Source: Octopus vulgaris
Taxonomy: Eukaryota
Assembly: GCA_951406725.2 (NCBI GenBank)
Contig: OX597832.1
Location: forward strand, 36,270,001-36,334,000
Direction of reading: 5' to 3'
DNA length: 64,000 bases
Shown here: positions 13,150 through 24,939 of the stretch, piece by piece
How the letters are laid out: every line of letters starts with the position of its first letter
Numbering within the stretch: position 1 is the first letter of the stretch
Notes under the pieces: model-generated
Database searches by the model: none
What the model saw: the letters and a program-made list of their open reading frames with translations, nothing else
What the model was told of the DNA's origin: nothing
Translations under genes and position numbers: made by a program

Positions 13150-13420
13150 AAACACAATGACTTGCCCTATTAAGGTAACAACAATGATTCACTATAACAA
13201 GACAATAACAATGAGTGTATATAATAAAACAGTAACAATGATTTGCTATAACAATACAGAGACAATGACCCCCACCCCCCATCCCCGACTCCCCTCTATT
13301 ATAGACCAGCAACAATGACCACTACCCCACCACTGCTACTGTTATAAAATAGCAACACTGACCCCACTATGATAAAATAGCAACACTCACCCTGCTATAG
13401 TAATGCAACTACCATTACAC
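13150..13420 (+). repeat. Degenerate minisatellite (~25-45 bp units with core caacaatga...ctata...aa)
   Basis: The aacaatga/caacactga...ctata..aaaatag motif recurs roughly 8 times. Confidence 0.6.
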
Positions 13421-13839
13421 AAGATGGCAGTTTATCTTGTTTCTCTCTTAGAGAAACACTTGAATGTATTTATTGATTTTCACAAATGTAATTTGAACTA
13501 TTTCTAAGACTTTCCTCAACAGAAATACTTCTATTACTCAATGTTCCATAGCAAAAATACGCATCAAACTATATGCAAGCACCACACATTGTATAACTAC
13601 TATAGTATACCATCACACTATACATCTCCACTCTATACACAACCACACTATGTATCAATGTATCACCACTCTTTATACTACCACATGACTATACATCAAT
13701 ACCATACTAACAGTGCCACGCTACATAGAACTATAAAGAACCATTTTGTATAACACCACCACATTACTATTTACCACCATTCTTGTAGAATATTTTCTAA
13801 AATGGTTTAAAACTCAAAACATAAGAAGATGATGGTATT

Positions 13840-14030
13840 AAGGAGGTGATTTGGCAGAATTGTTGGTGCACCGGACAAAATGTTTAGCAGCATTTCGTCC
13901 GTCTTTACATTCTGAGTTCAAATTCTGCTGAGGTAAACCAGAGTCAATACAATAAGTACCAGCAGAGTACTGTGGTCAATATAACCAACTTAACCTCCCA
14001 CCAAATTACTGTGGCAAAATTTGAAACCAA
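13840..14030 (+). mobile_element. tRNA-derived SINE, family B
   Basis: aaggaggtgatttggcagaattgttggtgcaccggacaaaatg...GAGTTCAAATTCTG...aataagtacc...aaaatttgaaacc. Confidence 0.85.
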
Positions 14031-14104
14031 AATAACAGCAATAATTTTCTTTTTCTTTTGTAGAACTAATTTCTAAATGAATATATTTGGTGTAAGCATA
14101 CATG

Positions 14105-14420
14105 TAGTTTGTCCATCGATGCACCGAAGACCATCTAGTCATCCTGGGGTGGGGGTGGGTTTGTTTTGTGAGGCCAATCTGCACCCAAGAGAGTCTTTGA
14201 CAGTGTGGAAAGGGAATGGTAGCGCTTGCTACAGGGTTGTTAGCTCTGTTCTTCCTGGTTTGTCTGCAGTCTTCTGCAGCAGCGATCCTATTGGTCTCGC
14301 ATGTGTATCATGCACAAGAATTGGATGTACTATTGTTTTGTTGTCTACATCAGGAGCAGATGGAAGAAAACCACTCCAGATGCAGGGATTCACAAGATCA
14401 TCTCCTATGAACTCAATCTT
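14105..14420 (-). mobile_element. RTE (BovB-like) LINE 3' end with decayed C-terminal zinc-finger-like motif
   Basis: The minus strand reads CETNRIAAAEDCRQTRKNRANNPVASATIPLPHCQRLSWVQIGLT, a degenerate form of ...CPHC.R.F.A.IGL.SH.R.H, followed by a short 3' UTR. Confidence 0.75.
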
Positions 14421-14959
14421 TCCAAGATGCTTTCAAATTATGAGCTGACAGATTTAGTAGTTTGCTTCACAACTACATGGTTCCAGGTTCAATATCACAG
14501 TGCTGTACCACGAACACATGTCCCCTACCATAACCTCAGCTTAACCACAGCCTTGTGAGTGAGACTTAGGATATGGAAACTGAGTTGAAGCCCATTTGAG
14601 GTACTATTCTTGTTTTTCCTGTGTGGTACATGATCTTTGGATCTACTCTGTTGTAAATATTTGGGCAAGGTTTCCAGTTTGCAGGTAACACCTCCCTTCT
14701 TTCTAGATGTTTTGGAGGCCCTAAAAAGACACTGCCTTCCCTTCTCTGATTAAATTATTTTTTTAAAATAGTTATTTGGAGATATAAAACAGATCTTCCC
14801 ATAATCCCATGAAATGGTAAAGTCTTGTCCTGAGGTTGTAGATCTGAAACAGAGAAGCAACTTTCTAAAAAACTTCTCAGAACAATTATAGATTGTCATA
14901 TAAAGTCCAATCTCAGCTGTATTGCTAAAAGATAAGATTTTTAAAAATCAAGATATATT

Positions 14960-15366
14960 GGGACAGGCATGGCTGTGCGGTTAAGAAGCTTGCTTTACAA
15001 CAATGTGGTTTCATGTTCAGTCCCACTACAATTGCCCCAGGGCTGACCAATGCCTTGTGAGCAACTTCGGTGGACAGAAGTTGTGTGGAAACCTATCACA
15101 TAAATGTGTGCGTGTGTGAGAGAGAGAGAGGGGGGTGCTTATGCATGTGTGTGGTGTTTGCCACCTTCCCACACACACAATGCTTGAAAACCAGTGCTGG
15201 CTTGTTTATGTCCATGTAACTTAGTAGTTTGTCAAAAGTGATCGATAGAGTAAGTACCAGACTTAAAACAACAAGTACTGCGGTTTGATTTGTTCATTTA
15301 AAAACCTTGGAGATGTTGCTCCAGCTTGGCAGCTGTTCAATGGCTGAAACGAGTAAAAAGAAAAGA
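14960..15366 (+). mobile_element. tRNA-derived SINE, family A, near full length (another partial copy at ~14450-14595)
   Basis: A-box-like TGGCTGTGCGGT, B-box-like GTTCAGTCCC, an internal microsatellite, and the tail gctccagcttggcagctgttcaatggctgaaacgagtaaaaag. Confidence 0.85.
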
Positions 15367-16256
15367 AGAGAAAAGGCATAAATATGAATGGCCAGGATTC
15401 AGAAAGATAATAAACTGACTTTATTTAAAAGTGTCAGCCTGAAGGTGGACATCACCTGAGAGGTTTGTGTGAAGCAGTAATTACATGGAATCGTTAGCAG
15501 ACGAGGCATCAGTCTGACTCCCAGCAGACACCCATTTTGTTTTTTCATCGATTTGCACATTGAATTTGTAAATCTGGACAAAAACACACTGTTTAGAAAT
15601 AAAACAATGTTAAGTACACATTATTAATGAGTTTATTTAATAAAGTATGGCAACCAACGTGTGTGTGTGTGTGTGTGTGGTGGTGGTGTAAGTGGATGTT
15701 TGTATGTGGGGTGGTTGCTTCTCTAATGACTTCCATGATAAAAGAGGGATTGAAGACCTCCGTTAGATAAGTGTTCCAATTGTATTTATATAGACACTGA
15801 CAATGCAACATTGTTCAGAACAATGTCTCTTTTGTGGCATCGAACAGACAGGAATGAATTTGGTGTCCAGTTTCAAGTGGAAATAAAGAAAACCACAAAT
15901 CCAAACATTACAGTTAAGCTAGGATTAGTAACAGCAAATGATTTCAATACGTTCAGCATTTTAGAGTCATATATTTTGCTACGTCCACCTGTCACGGATA
16001 CCAGTGACCACGGCTGGCACTAATGGAATTAGTGCAAAGTTTAATTTCATTCATTAATTAATCAATTTATTTATTTACAGTGATTATTTTAAATTTTATT
16101 TTTTTCATTTGACTACAGCCATGCTGGGGCAGTGCATTCAAGAACTTTTAGACGAATGAATCAACCTTTTTGATGAACTACTAAGTTACACGAACGTAAA
16201 CACACCAACACTGTTTATCAAGTGGTGGGGGGGAACAAATACAGGCACAAAGATAT

Positions 16257-16440
16257 ATATATAAATATAATTAGGTTTAAGCAACAACAGCATACCGAAA
16301 ATTTAGAAATAGCAGCCAAATACCGCTTATTCCTTTTTACTATAGATATTACTCCACAGATAAGGAATAAGCGGTCTTTGGCTGCTATTTCTAAATTTTC
16401 GGTATGTGGTTGTTGCTTAAACCTAATTATATTTATATAT
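16257..16440. mobile_element. Fold-back MITE-like element (79-bp arms, 3 mismatches, 26-nt spacer) in (TA)n
   Basis: Arms at 16257-16335 and 16362-16440. They contain the tagaaatagcagccaaa motif, related to the arms of 62444-62598. Confidence 0.85.
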
Positions 16441-16645
16441 AAAAAAAACTTTTTGTAAAAGTTTCCACCGATAATGGTTGTCTTTCCATACCGAAACTAC
16501 TTGGTAATATTTATTAATTTTAAAATTAATAATTATTTACCCTTGTATTTGTAATGTATATATATATAAATAGATATGTAGGTCCCGGGTTGAGTCGGGG
16601 TTAACCACAGTAAATAAGGTACTCAATACATAGCAGAGTAAATTA

Positions 16646-16761
16646 ATTTATTTTATAGAAGGAGCTTCTACAGGACTAGAACTGTTTCATTCAAATGAAA
16701 TCATGATTTCATTTGAATGAAACAGTTCTAGTCCTGTAGAAGCTCCTTCTATAAAATAAAT
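16646..16761. repeat. Perfect 116-bp palindrome with no spacer
   Basis: atttattttatagaaggagcttctacaggactagaactgtttcattcaaatgaaatca|tgatttcatttgaatgaaacagttctagtcctgtagaagctccttctataaaataaat. Confidence 0.97.
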
Positions 16762-17369
16762 ATATAAATAGATAGATAGATAGATACACACACAAACACA
16801 GGCTTCTTTCAGTTTCCATCTACTAAATCCACTCACAAAGCTTTGGTCAGCCTGAGGCTATAGTAGAAGACACTTGCCCAAGGTGCCATGCAGTGGGACT
16901 GAATTCGGAACCATGTGGTTGGGTTCTTACCACACAGCCACACCTGTATATAACCAAATATTTTTGACCAGCAGCATGTGAAGCTTTCTGAACATCTCGC
17001 CAAAGTCAGAAACGAAAAATATTCGCCATCGTCAGACAACCAGACAATTTTCAGCGTGCCCCAGAGTCAGTCTACACCAATCCAAATATTCAAGAGCCTT
17101 ACAATTTGCATCTCTACTCGGGACACTCAACAAAAAGAAAAGTATTGACTTAATGTTCAACTTCTGATTCCACTGCTTATAACAACTCATGATAATTCAG
17201 AGCCTGTAAACACGAGGTATTCGTGTAAGGTTATCAAGCAAGGTTAACGGAATTTCCAAAGTTTAAGGGGGCAAAATGCTGTATTTTTTGAATTTTAATT
17301 TTCCATGTCGAAGCTAATGGTTTCCCCCCCCCACACACACACACACAAAAAACAGAAAAATTTCTGAAG

Positions 17370-19015
17370 AAATGAGAACATTCCAGGAAAAGTGGACATA
17401 TGATTATTTATTTGTTGAAATAAAAAATAAACCAATGTGTTTAATACATCTTGAATCTGTCTTCGCTTTTAAAGAATTTAATATTAAGCAGCATTACACT
17501 TCAAAACATTCGGGGTGGGATAAATTTAAAGGAGACAGCAAAAAGCTGAATCCCTTTAGAGACAGATTGACAGGCGAAATATGTTTTTTTCCAAAAAGTA
17601 AACTGGACTAAAAACAAAAATCGTACATGTAAACTATGTTGTTCATGGAAAAATGGCAAAACATCCGATGGGGAAATCGAAATTTTGAAGTTGCCATTTT
17701 TGCCAATTTTATTTTCCGAATCGGAATCTCCATAAACGAAAACGTGGGTTTCCGTAAAAAGAAACAAAATTAAAATATAAAGTGGGAGGATTATGTCTCC
17801 ACGATGTGCGCCCATTTCTGATTCCACTCCACTGGCAATTTTCATTCGTGGTATTGATTAAGTATTTGATATCACCGAAGAATTGCTCAGTGTTCAGACA
17901 ATGAAAGACAGTTTCAGGATATAAAATTTATGAAGAAGTGAAGAAAGCAACCTCGAAGTTGAATCTCTCGCTTGAACGATTCGTCTGTGTAGCAACAGAC
18001 GGGACCCCAGCAATGGTTGGGTCTAAGACAGGCTTTCTTGCCAACTTAAAAGAATGAACTCCTTTGAATTTAGCGAACAGTAACTTTGCAACGATCCATT
18101 GCATAATTCATCAGGAAAATCTGTGTGCAAAGTCTCTAAAATTTGAGATTGTTAAGGGTGTGGTTGTTTCAACCATCAATTTTATAAAATCCCAAGCATC
18201 GCCAGTTTAAAGAGTTCTTAGAAGAACTTGAATAAGAGAATGGTGACCTTGTTTACTACTGTGCAGTTTGTTGGCTAAAACGAAGCTGCTTCAACGATTT
18301 TATAGCCTTAGAGAAGAGGTATGTACCTTCTTAGAAAGAAAGGGTAAATTTGTTCCCGAGCTGGAAAATGAGAACTGGATTTGTGACCTTGCATTCCTCG
18401 TGGATATAACGACACATTTTAAAGGATTTAAATTTAAAATTGCAAAAACTAAATCAGTAAATTCATGAGATGTATTCTCATGTCAAAGATTTTCAAGCAA
18501 AACTTCAAATTTGAGAGAATCAACTCAGGATCGGTGGTGCTTTCCATTTCCCCCCCCCCACACTAAGCCATTCATGAGTCAACGTCTGGATAGAATGAGT
18601 CTGCTGTGGAACTGAGCTGAGACAAAAAAATGGACTGGAGACCAGATTTAAACTGATTTTAATCTTTTTTGGAAATCCCGTTAACACATATGTTGAAAAT
18701 GTTCGAAAGGAATTTCAAATGAATCTAATTGAGCTTCAGTGATGGATTTCTTTGGCAAAAATTTAAAGAGGAATCGTTAATGTATTTCTATGGAACTCTA
18801 CCCAAAGAAAACCAAAATTAGTTTTCTTTGCTAAAAGCTATGCCACCATGTTTGGTTGTAGGTATAAACGCAAACGATTCTTTTCTAGAATGAAAAGTCA
18901 AAAACTAGGTCAAGATTGACTGAGATTCATCTGGAAGACTGAGTTGCAACATCGCAAATTCCTGTAAATATTGAGAAACTCGTAAAAAATGTACAATGCC
19001 AGGTTTCTCATTACA
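17370..19015 (+). mobile_element. hAT transposase pseudogene (GTF2IRD2/EPM2AIP1-like, SPIN/Buster group), frameshifted, with an unrelated segment at ~17610-17812
   Basis: Collinear motifs: RTFQEKWTYDYLFVEIKNKPMCLI..FKEFNIKQHYTSKH; LAIFIRGID..FDITEELL; VATDGTPAMVG; IHCIIHQENLCAK; LLQRFYSLREEV..FL..WICDLAFLVDIT; MFG..FFSRMK; RLTEIHLE..VATSQI..CQVSH. Confidence 0.92.
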
Positions 19016-20619
19016 ATTTGTGAGTAAATTATTCCTATTTACATCAATAACAAATGGATGATAAATACTTGTCTATATTTTGTTACTCAGTGTTTAATGC
19101 TTAGTCAAACTATTTTCCTGGGGCTGAGGCAGTTTCGCTTCTCTCCTTTTCGAAAAAAAATTTTCCGGAACCCCAAAGTTTTAGATATCGGAGATTACAA
19201 ATATGCAAAAAAAGTTTTTTAACCCACTCGCCCTCCTTCCTTAAAATTTTGAACTTTTTTTCCCTTATGTTTTAGATGATGGAGATTCCAAATATGCAAG
19301 AAACCACGTTTATAACATTTTAAATTCAATAAGCAAATAGATATGTGTATTGAGAGATAGATATGAATGTCTCCCTGGGCTTAAAAACAAAAATAACATT
19401 GTCTACTTCTATAGGACTGCCACATTTAGTTGACAAATATATTTTATGAATAAACGGACAGGAATAATTAGAATAATTAGACAGACAGATAAATAAATGG
19501 ATGAAAAAGTTCAACATTTAAAATTGGGGATAGGGGTGAAATTTGAGCCTCTTATTAAACTTTATAACATTAATTATTAAACATAAATGTCTGTTTTCTC
19601 ATAAAATGGTGTATATTTAATTTACATTAAATTACTATTTACGATTATTTTAAGGCAAACACAAGTAAAACATAAATTCTTTCCGATTTGCATTAGTTCG
19701 TCACTTCACTCCGATATCTAAAACGTAGGAATCGGAAAAACTTTTCCCCCCAAAAATGCATTTTTCAAAGAGAAATGAGAAATTGCATTAGCCCCATTTT
19801 CCTCATCTACCCTTTTTCTTTTGATTTTTAATTGTGGTGCACCTGAGCACTGTATACAATAATTTCATTATTATTTTTATTATTAATCTTTCTTTCTTTC
19901 TTTCTTTTAGCTTCTTCCCTTGAATCCTAGAAAGATAATGCCTAATGTTAAATGCACAGAGTTTTCATTTTAAAATTTGTTTATTTACATTTCTTAAGCA
20001 TCCCCCCCCCCCCCCCAAGTACCATTACTTGAAGCGGTTCGACTAAACCCCATACGTAACAATGATTAAGTACAATATTTCTTGAATTTTGCAATCTTTC
20101 GTTGAACGTAAGGTTTCCAGTATTTAAAAATATTGGCGGATATTGACATGTTTTGTTCCAAAAACAAACGGGCATTCACTCGTATTCAGTCTCAGAATTG
20201 TCACAGAACTGCCATTATCTTCATCAGTTTCCAAGAACCACACGTTGTCTCTTGTCAACTGCAAACACACCTGTCGAAGTGGGAAATGGAGAGAACAAAA
20301 ACAATGTCGCATTTTAAACTTGAGAAAAGACAGTATTTTTATGAATTTCATAAAATGCTTTGTATACTTCAACAGTTCTTGTTTAATTTAGCTTAAAACT
20401 AATAGAAATCAATGTCATTTATATTTCATTCTTTCGCATTTTCTTTAATCAGTAGTAAGTATTAATTCACATTTCTTCCTTTTCTTCATTCACATTATAA
20501 CTAATACGGCTTTTCCGACATTGATTTTGTTTTCTTCCTGGAAATTTGTGGCTTTTTACATACACGAATGAAGAAGGTAAGAACAAATAGGATTTTTTCT
20601 CAAGTTTAAAATGCAACAT

Positions 20620-20907
20620 TGGGATCTGTTCAGTTTCACTCACAAATTTTTTGATTATTATTGTTTTTTTAATTAAATAGCTTGAAATTTATACTGGTGT
20701 AATTTCTCATGCTGAACACAGTTTACTTTCAACATGTTTGACAAAATTTTGCATTTTAGAAGTTATTTCGTGTTAAAGTTGTCATATTTAGGTAATTTTA
20801 ACCAATCAGTGACGTGTATTCAGTTGAAAAAAGCTACTGCTGTTTGCAACGGTAATCGAAGAGCAAAAACAAAGTCAGGATCCGTTCAGTTTCACTCACA
20901 GATCCCA
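20620..20907. mobile_element. MITE with 10-bp TIR and a 22-bp subterminal direct repeat
   Basis: Ends are TGGGATCTGT...ACAGATCCCA. The sequence gatc(t/c)gttcagtttcactcaca occurs at both ends in the same orientation. Confidence 0.7.
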
Positions 20908-21181
20908 CTTTTTGGAAAGGGTTGCCCATGCCTGCAGTAGGCCTTCCGTGTTGATCTTTTATGAAATGTTGCTTGTGCTGCACCATGGGTTATTGTGACC
21001 ATATTCTGAAATGGTATTCATGCATCATGGAGCAACATCATGTTGCACCATGTTGCAATATCATAAGTAACAAAAAATAAGTCACATGTACACAAATCCA
21101 CATGTGTGATCAAATCAATTATTGTTACTCAGCTCAGATCAACACACTGTAAGGGTTCCAGCGAGTTTTATGCATGTATAT

Positions 21182-21565
21182 TTATTGTTTACTGGCAAAC
21201 GCCCCACCCCTGTCCATTGGATGGCATAAGTTCGTGGTAGGACTGGAGTCTAAAATAGTGTAATTCCACTTCTGTCTGTGATGCTCTGGCGACTGCATAA
21301 GAAGCAGCATTGCGAGCACACCGGAGTTCTGCTTGCTGAGCAGTCTGTGATGCTCTGGCGATTGAAGTAGAAGCAGCCAGTGCGAGCACACCGGAGTTCT
21401 GCTTGCTGAGCAGTCTGTGATGCTCTGGCGATTGAAGTAGAAGCAGCCACTGCGAGCACACCGAAGCACTCCTTGTTCTTCTGTCTCGCTTGCCCACAAG
21501 GAATGCAAAATGGAAGCATTTTTTTTTGTTTTTCTACCAATGTGACTCTTACATTTTCGAGGCAT
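21182..21565 (-). mobile_element. Helitron-like Rep/Hel N-terminal fragment with coding tandem repeats
   Basis: MPRKCKSHIGRKTKKNAS...ASETEEQ..LRCAR..AAS..ARASQTAQQAELR resembles the MPRKR...RA.ET.EQ...R repeated N-termini of animal Helitron ORFs. It is frameshifted. Confidence 0.6.
21275..21463. repeat. Tandem repeat, 69/70-bp unit, 2.7 copies
   Basis: Units start at 21275, 21344 and 21414 (tctgtgatgctctggcga...gcgagcacaccggagttctgcttgctgagcag). Confidence 0.95.
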
Positions 21566-23234
21566 CCTATTGAAAATCTGAAATTGAATGAATCTTGAAA
21601 AAAATCAATTAAATTTACCTCAATATTGTTTGCAAGCACTAAATATGGTATTTCCCACAAAAAATTCCCACAACCCTAAAGTGCTCAACTATTTGCTATG
21701 GTATTGTAAGCACCAAATGACAGGTGGATGTGGACAGTTGTGAATGTGTATTCACATCTATAAGCATTGTGGACAGAACGTATTTCAAGAAAATTGAAAT
21801 TCTATCGACCAAACATGCTATTGTAATAAAATGTAGATGATCACTGCAAACACCGGTGCACTGATAGGTTGCAAAAGATAAAGGGTATTTCTAAGAAATA
21901 TCACACTTAAAAGTGAAATTTTTAAAAAACAATGTGCAAATCAAAATGATTTGTAGGACTTCTCTGAAAATGAATGTTCAGCCAAAACCAGGCTTCTTTG
22001 GGGAAAAAAGGATGTTAACATTAAAATTACCTTATATCAATTTGGAAGTAATGAAAATTCTTTATAAATAAAGTTTTTTAAGTCCACGTAACTGGAAAAC
22101 TTCAAATGGGATATAGGGTTCAGCAATATGCGGTGTTGACTGTTAAAGTAGCAAACCTTATGGATGGATAAGCTATCAGAACCAACCGAATTGTGCATTT
22201 TTTAGAACGTAACTGATGAATTTGATCTGTAAAATTTGTAAAAATGATAAGAATTTGCCAAAATATTGTTCATTTATGCTTATTGATAAAAAAAAAAGTG
22301 ACTCATAATTTGAAACGTTGATGCTAATATTCCTTCTTCATGAAATGGAATTAAAGAATAAACAATGGGTATGTACGTGTCAAATCAAGTGAGTCACACA
22401 TAAGTCAAAAAATATCGCTCATTTTTTGTTTTATCTAAGAAACTGTCAGCTAAAGTTTTAGATCTTTGTCACCCAAATTTCCACGTTCAGTTTCCAATCA
22501 ATTTGTCATTTTCTCCTGTCAATTGAATTTTGTTGTGAGAAAAATATTCACACAGTCGACTGATCGCCATTTCGTGCCATTTATTTACTAAAGTTAATAT
22601 CTTATTTCATTTTTACTTATTCAAAATAATTGCCTTGTCTTCTTACTCTTTTGTGTCAGTTTATTTATTAAACGCAGAATGACCTGCCTGGATGCACGTG
22701 TTCGAGTACAGTTCATTCTCGAATGATATCGATTTTTACTGCAACCACATATGTTCTTTCATGAAATTGCTTAGAATTGTTTAATGCAATTAATGCTTTG
22801 ATGTTGAGTGGACGAACATAGTGGCTGTTCGTACGTGATTTGCAGAATGATAGCCAATAAGCGCTATTGAAATTGGATTTTCCATCAAGATTTTCATTAA
22901 AAAAGTGCAAATCTCACTTTGAAACTTAACGATTATGTTATGAAATTTAACTGATGCACCCACTGTGGCATCTTTTACCTTTGTGTAAAATTTCAGCACA
23001 ATCAGTAGAAAAATACGGTCGTTATAATCTTTTACACACATGCACACACTACATGCACAGCTAAAGGATAGTCTCAGGTTATGTCAATTAAATATTTTAT
23101 TGAATCTGTTAGTACAGGGGGGAAGTGCCTATCAAGTAAACTAAGGAAGATCTTACTTACTCTGGTCTTAATGTTTAAAGAGAAGGTGGGGCATGAACTA
23201 CAGCACTTCCTAGTGGTGCTTTCTCTTGGTGAGG

Positions 23235-23507
23235 CTAGGGTCTATTCTTTCCTTGAAACCACTGGCAGCCAGAGCCCAGTTGTTGTACAGAGCAGCAGCA
23301 TCAAAGATCTCTTTTTCCTGAGGATAAGCTGGAGATTCTCCTGCTGACGACCTTAACCAGGTTCCTGAACACTCTGGCTGGATGGCAAGAACCTGTGTTA
23401 ATGTTAGACAGCTTCTCATTTGGTTTCCTAAAGAGCCTATAGGTACCAGGTTCCAGGTCCAAGGTTACATCAAGGAAATCCATCACTTTCAGGAGGGTCT
23501 CTATCAT
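23235..23507 (-). mobile_element. Penelope-like element reverse transcriptase fragment
   Basis: IETLLKVMDFLDVTLDLEPGTYRLFRKPNEKLSNINTGSCHPARVFRNL...SRRISSLSS, then after a frameshift EIFDAAALYNNWALAASGF. This matches the PLE pattern FLDVTL.L..G.Y.P.RKPN....Y....SNHP...L...I..R.S.LS...F..AA..Y..AL..SG. Confidence 0.85.
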
Positions 23508-23523
23508 GAAGTGTGTGTGTATG

Positions 23524-23560
<37 letters not shown>

Positions 23561-24293
23561 TTTACAACACACTTGTGTTTTTATTACTCTTCATCTCATG
23601 CATTGAACAAACCAGGGAGCTTCATTGTGGTCCACACAACCTTATAGACATAGCAGCCAAAACTTCCACAAATCAAACTCTAATCTAAAAAGTAGCAACA
23701 CAGTGGTTAATGTAGTCCAAGATATACTGTGCCCTAAAAACTACTGGCTTGTAACTGTTGGAGCTCTTTTTGATCTGAGACCAGCAAATCAGAGCTATTT
23801 TGAGGTTAAACAACAGGAAAACAAGAACATTATCATCAACAATAACGACATTGACAGAACCACCACCACCACCCCCAACAACAACAACAACAACAATTAC
23901 CTCATGTAATGTTACTTATGTTTGTTTTAACTGTTTCTCAACAGAAATCAGCCATGCATGTGTATATCTAAATCTTAGATACTTTATAAAGTCAAAACCA
24001 TTCTCAGTAATTTTACTAAATTCTACCAAAGTGAAAGAGAAGAAAACCTAAAACATTTAATTACTGTTTATTAGACATTTTCTTAATTTATTGTCCACAT
24101 GTTGTAATAAATTATTGTCTCCGTCACGATGCAAGTTTGTTAATTTTCTTCATCTTTTTATGGTCTTAGTTGAAGTTATTTCCCACTGTCGGAAATAACA
24201 TAACTATCCAATGAACACACACACTCACACATACATACACTCACACATGCATACACACACATAGATACATACTGACATATGTATGCATGCATG

Positions 24294-24361
<68 letters not shown>

Positions 24362-24574
24362 CATACATATATATACAGCAACAGATAGACACTCACATAC
24401 TCAAAACATTTATTCAAAAGCAGACTAACAGACATGCAGAAAAACTCACAGACAAAAGAAATACATATAGATACAGACCAGTACACTTACAGACACATAT
24501 ACATTGGGAAAGACATACACACACAACCAGGCAACAATGGCTGTACTAAATTTTAATGAGAAATAAAATTGTAT

Positions 24575-24935
24575 AAATGCTTCTGCATGCCCTAGTCCAG
24601 TGCCCAAGTATTGCTGACCTGTGGGTTTCTATTGAATACCTGCTGAATCCATTGTGAAGATTGCCCCACCACCCTCTTTTAGCTGGGAGGGGAATGCAAT
24701 TTTTATTTGTCTAGTGGCTGTAGTAAAAGAAGTAGTATGGTGGACCCGTTTGAAAGGGCTAAAGACAGGCACTTTCCTCTTTGCCCAAGCCCTCATCAAC
24801 TTTTCCAAGTTTCACTTGAAAAGGAAGTTGAGGATGGAGAGGCAAGTGTTGCCTTGTAACAAGTTTGTTGAAAGGTGGGTGAATGTTGGAAGAATGGCCA
24901 GTGTGAAAGGACCAACTCTGAATGTGCACCTGTAA
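24575..24935 (+). mobile_element. Tx1/L1-like LINE ORF2 C-terminal remnant
   Basis: LLHALVQCPSIADLWV (end of a zinc knuckle, H...C....W), then ESIVKIAPPPSF...FICLVAVVKEVVWWTRLK...LKRKLRMER...FVERW. Confidence 0.65.
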
Positions 24936-24939
24936 AAAG

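Larger units (their letters stand above)
16100..16946 (-). mobile_element. Family A SINE whose internal (TA)n has been invaded by palindromic, Penelope-like pieces
   Basis: The tail is at ~16100-16250 and the tRNA head at ~16800-16946, separated by ~550 bp of insertions. Confidence 0.8.

Noticed and set aside
14216-14410. ORF with a signal-peptide-like N-terminus (MVALATGLLALFFLVCLQSSAA)
   Set aside because: It is the antisense reading of an RTE LINE C-terminus.
15794-16023. Plus-strand open frame TDNATLFRTMSLLWHRTDRNEFGVQFQ...
   Set aside because: Splice signals are weak, no homology is recognisable, and there are no compatible neighbouring exons.
17372-19015. Possible domesticated GTF2IRD2/EPM2AIP1-like host gene
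   Set aside because: Numerous stops and frameshifts and an internal unrelated segment show it is a dead transposon copy.
21275-21463. CRISPR-like regular repeats (also the units at 54100-54480)
   Set aside because: The units are contiguous with no unique spacers, there are no cas genes, and the context is eukaryotic transposon sequence.
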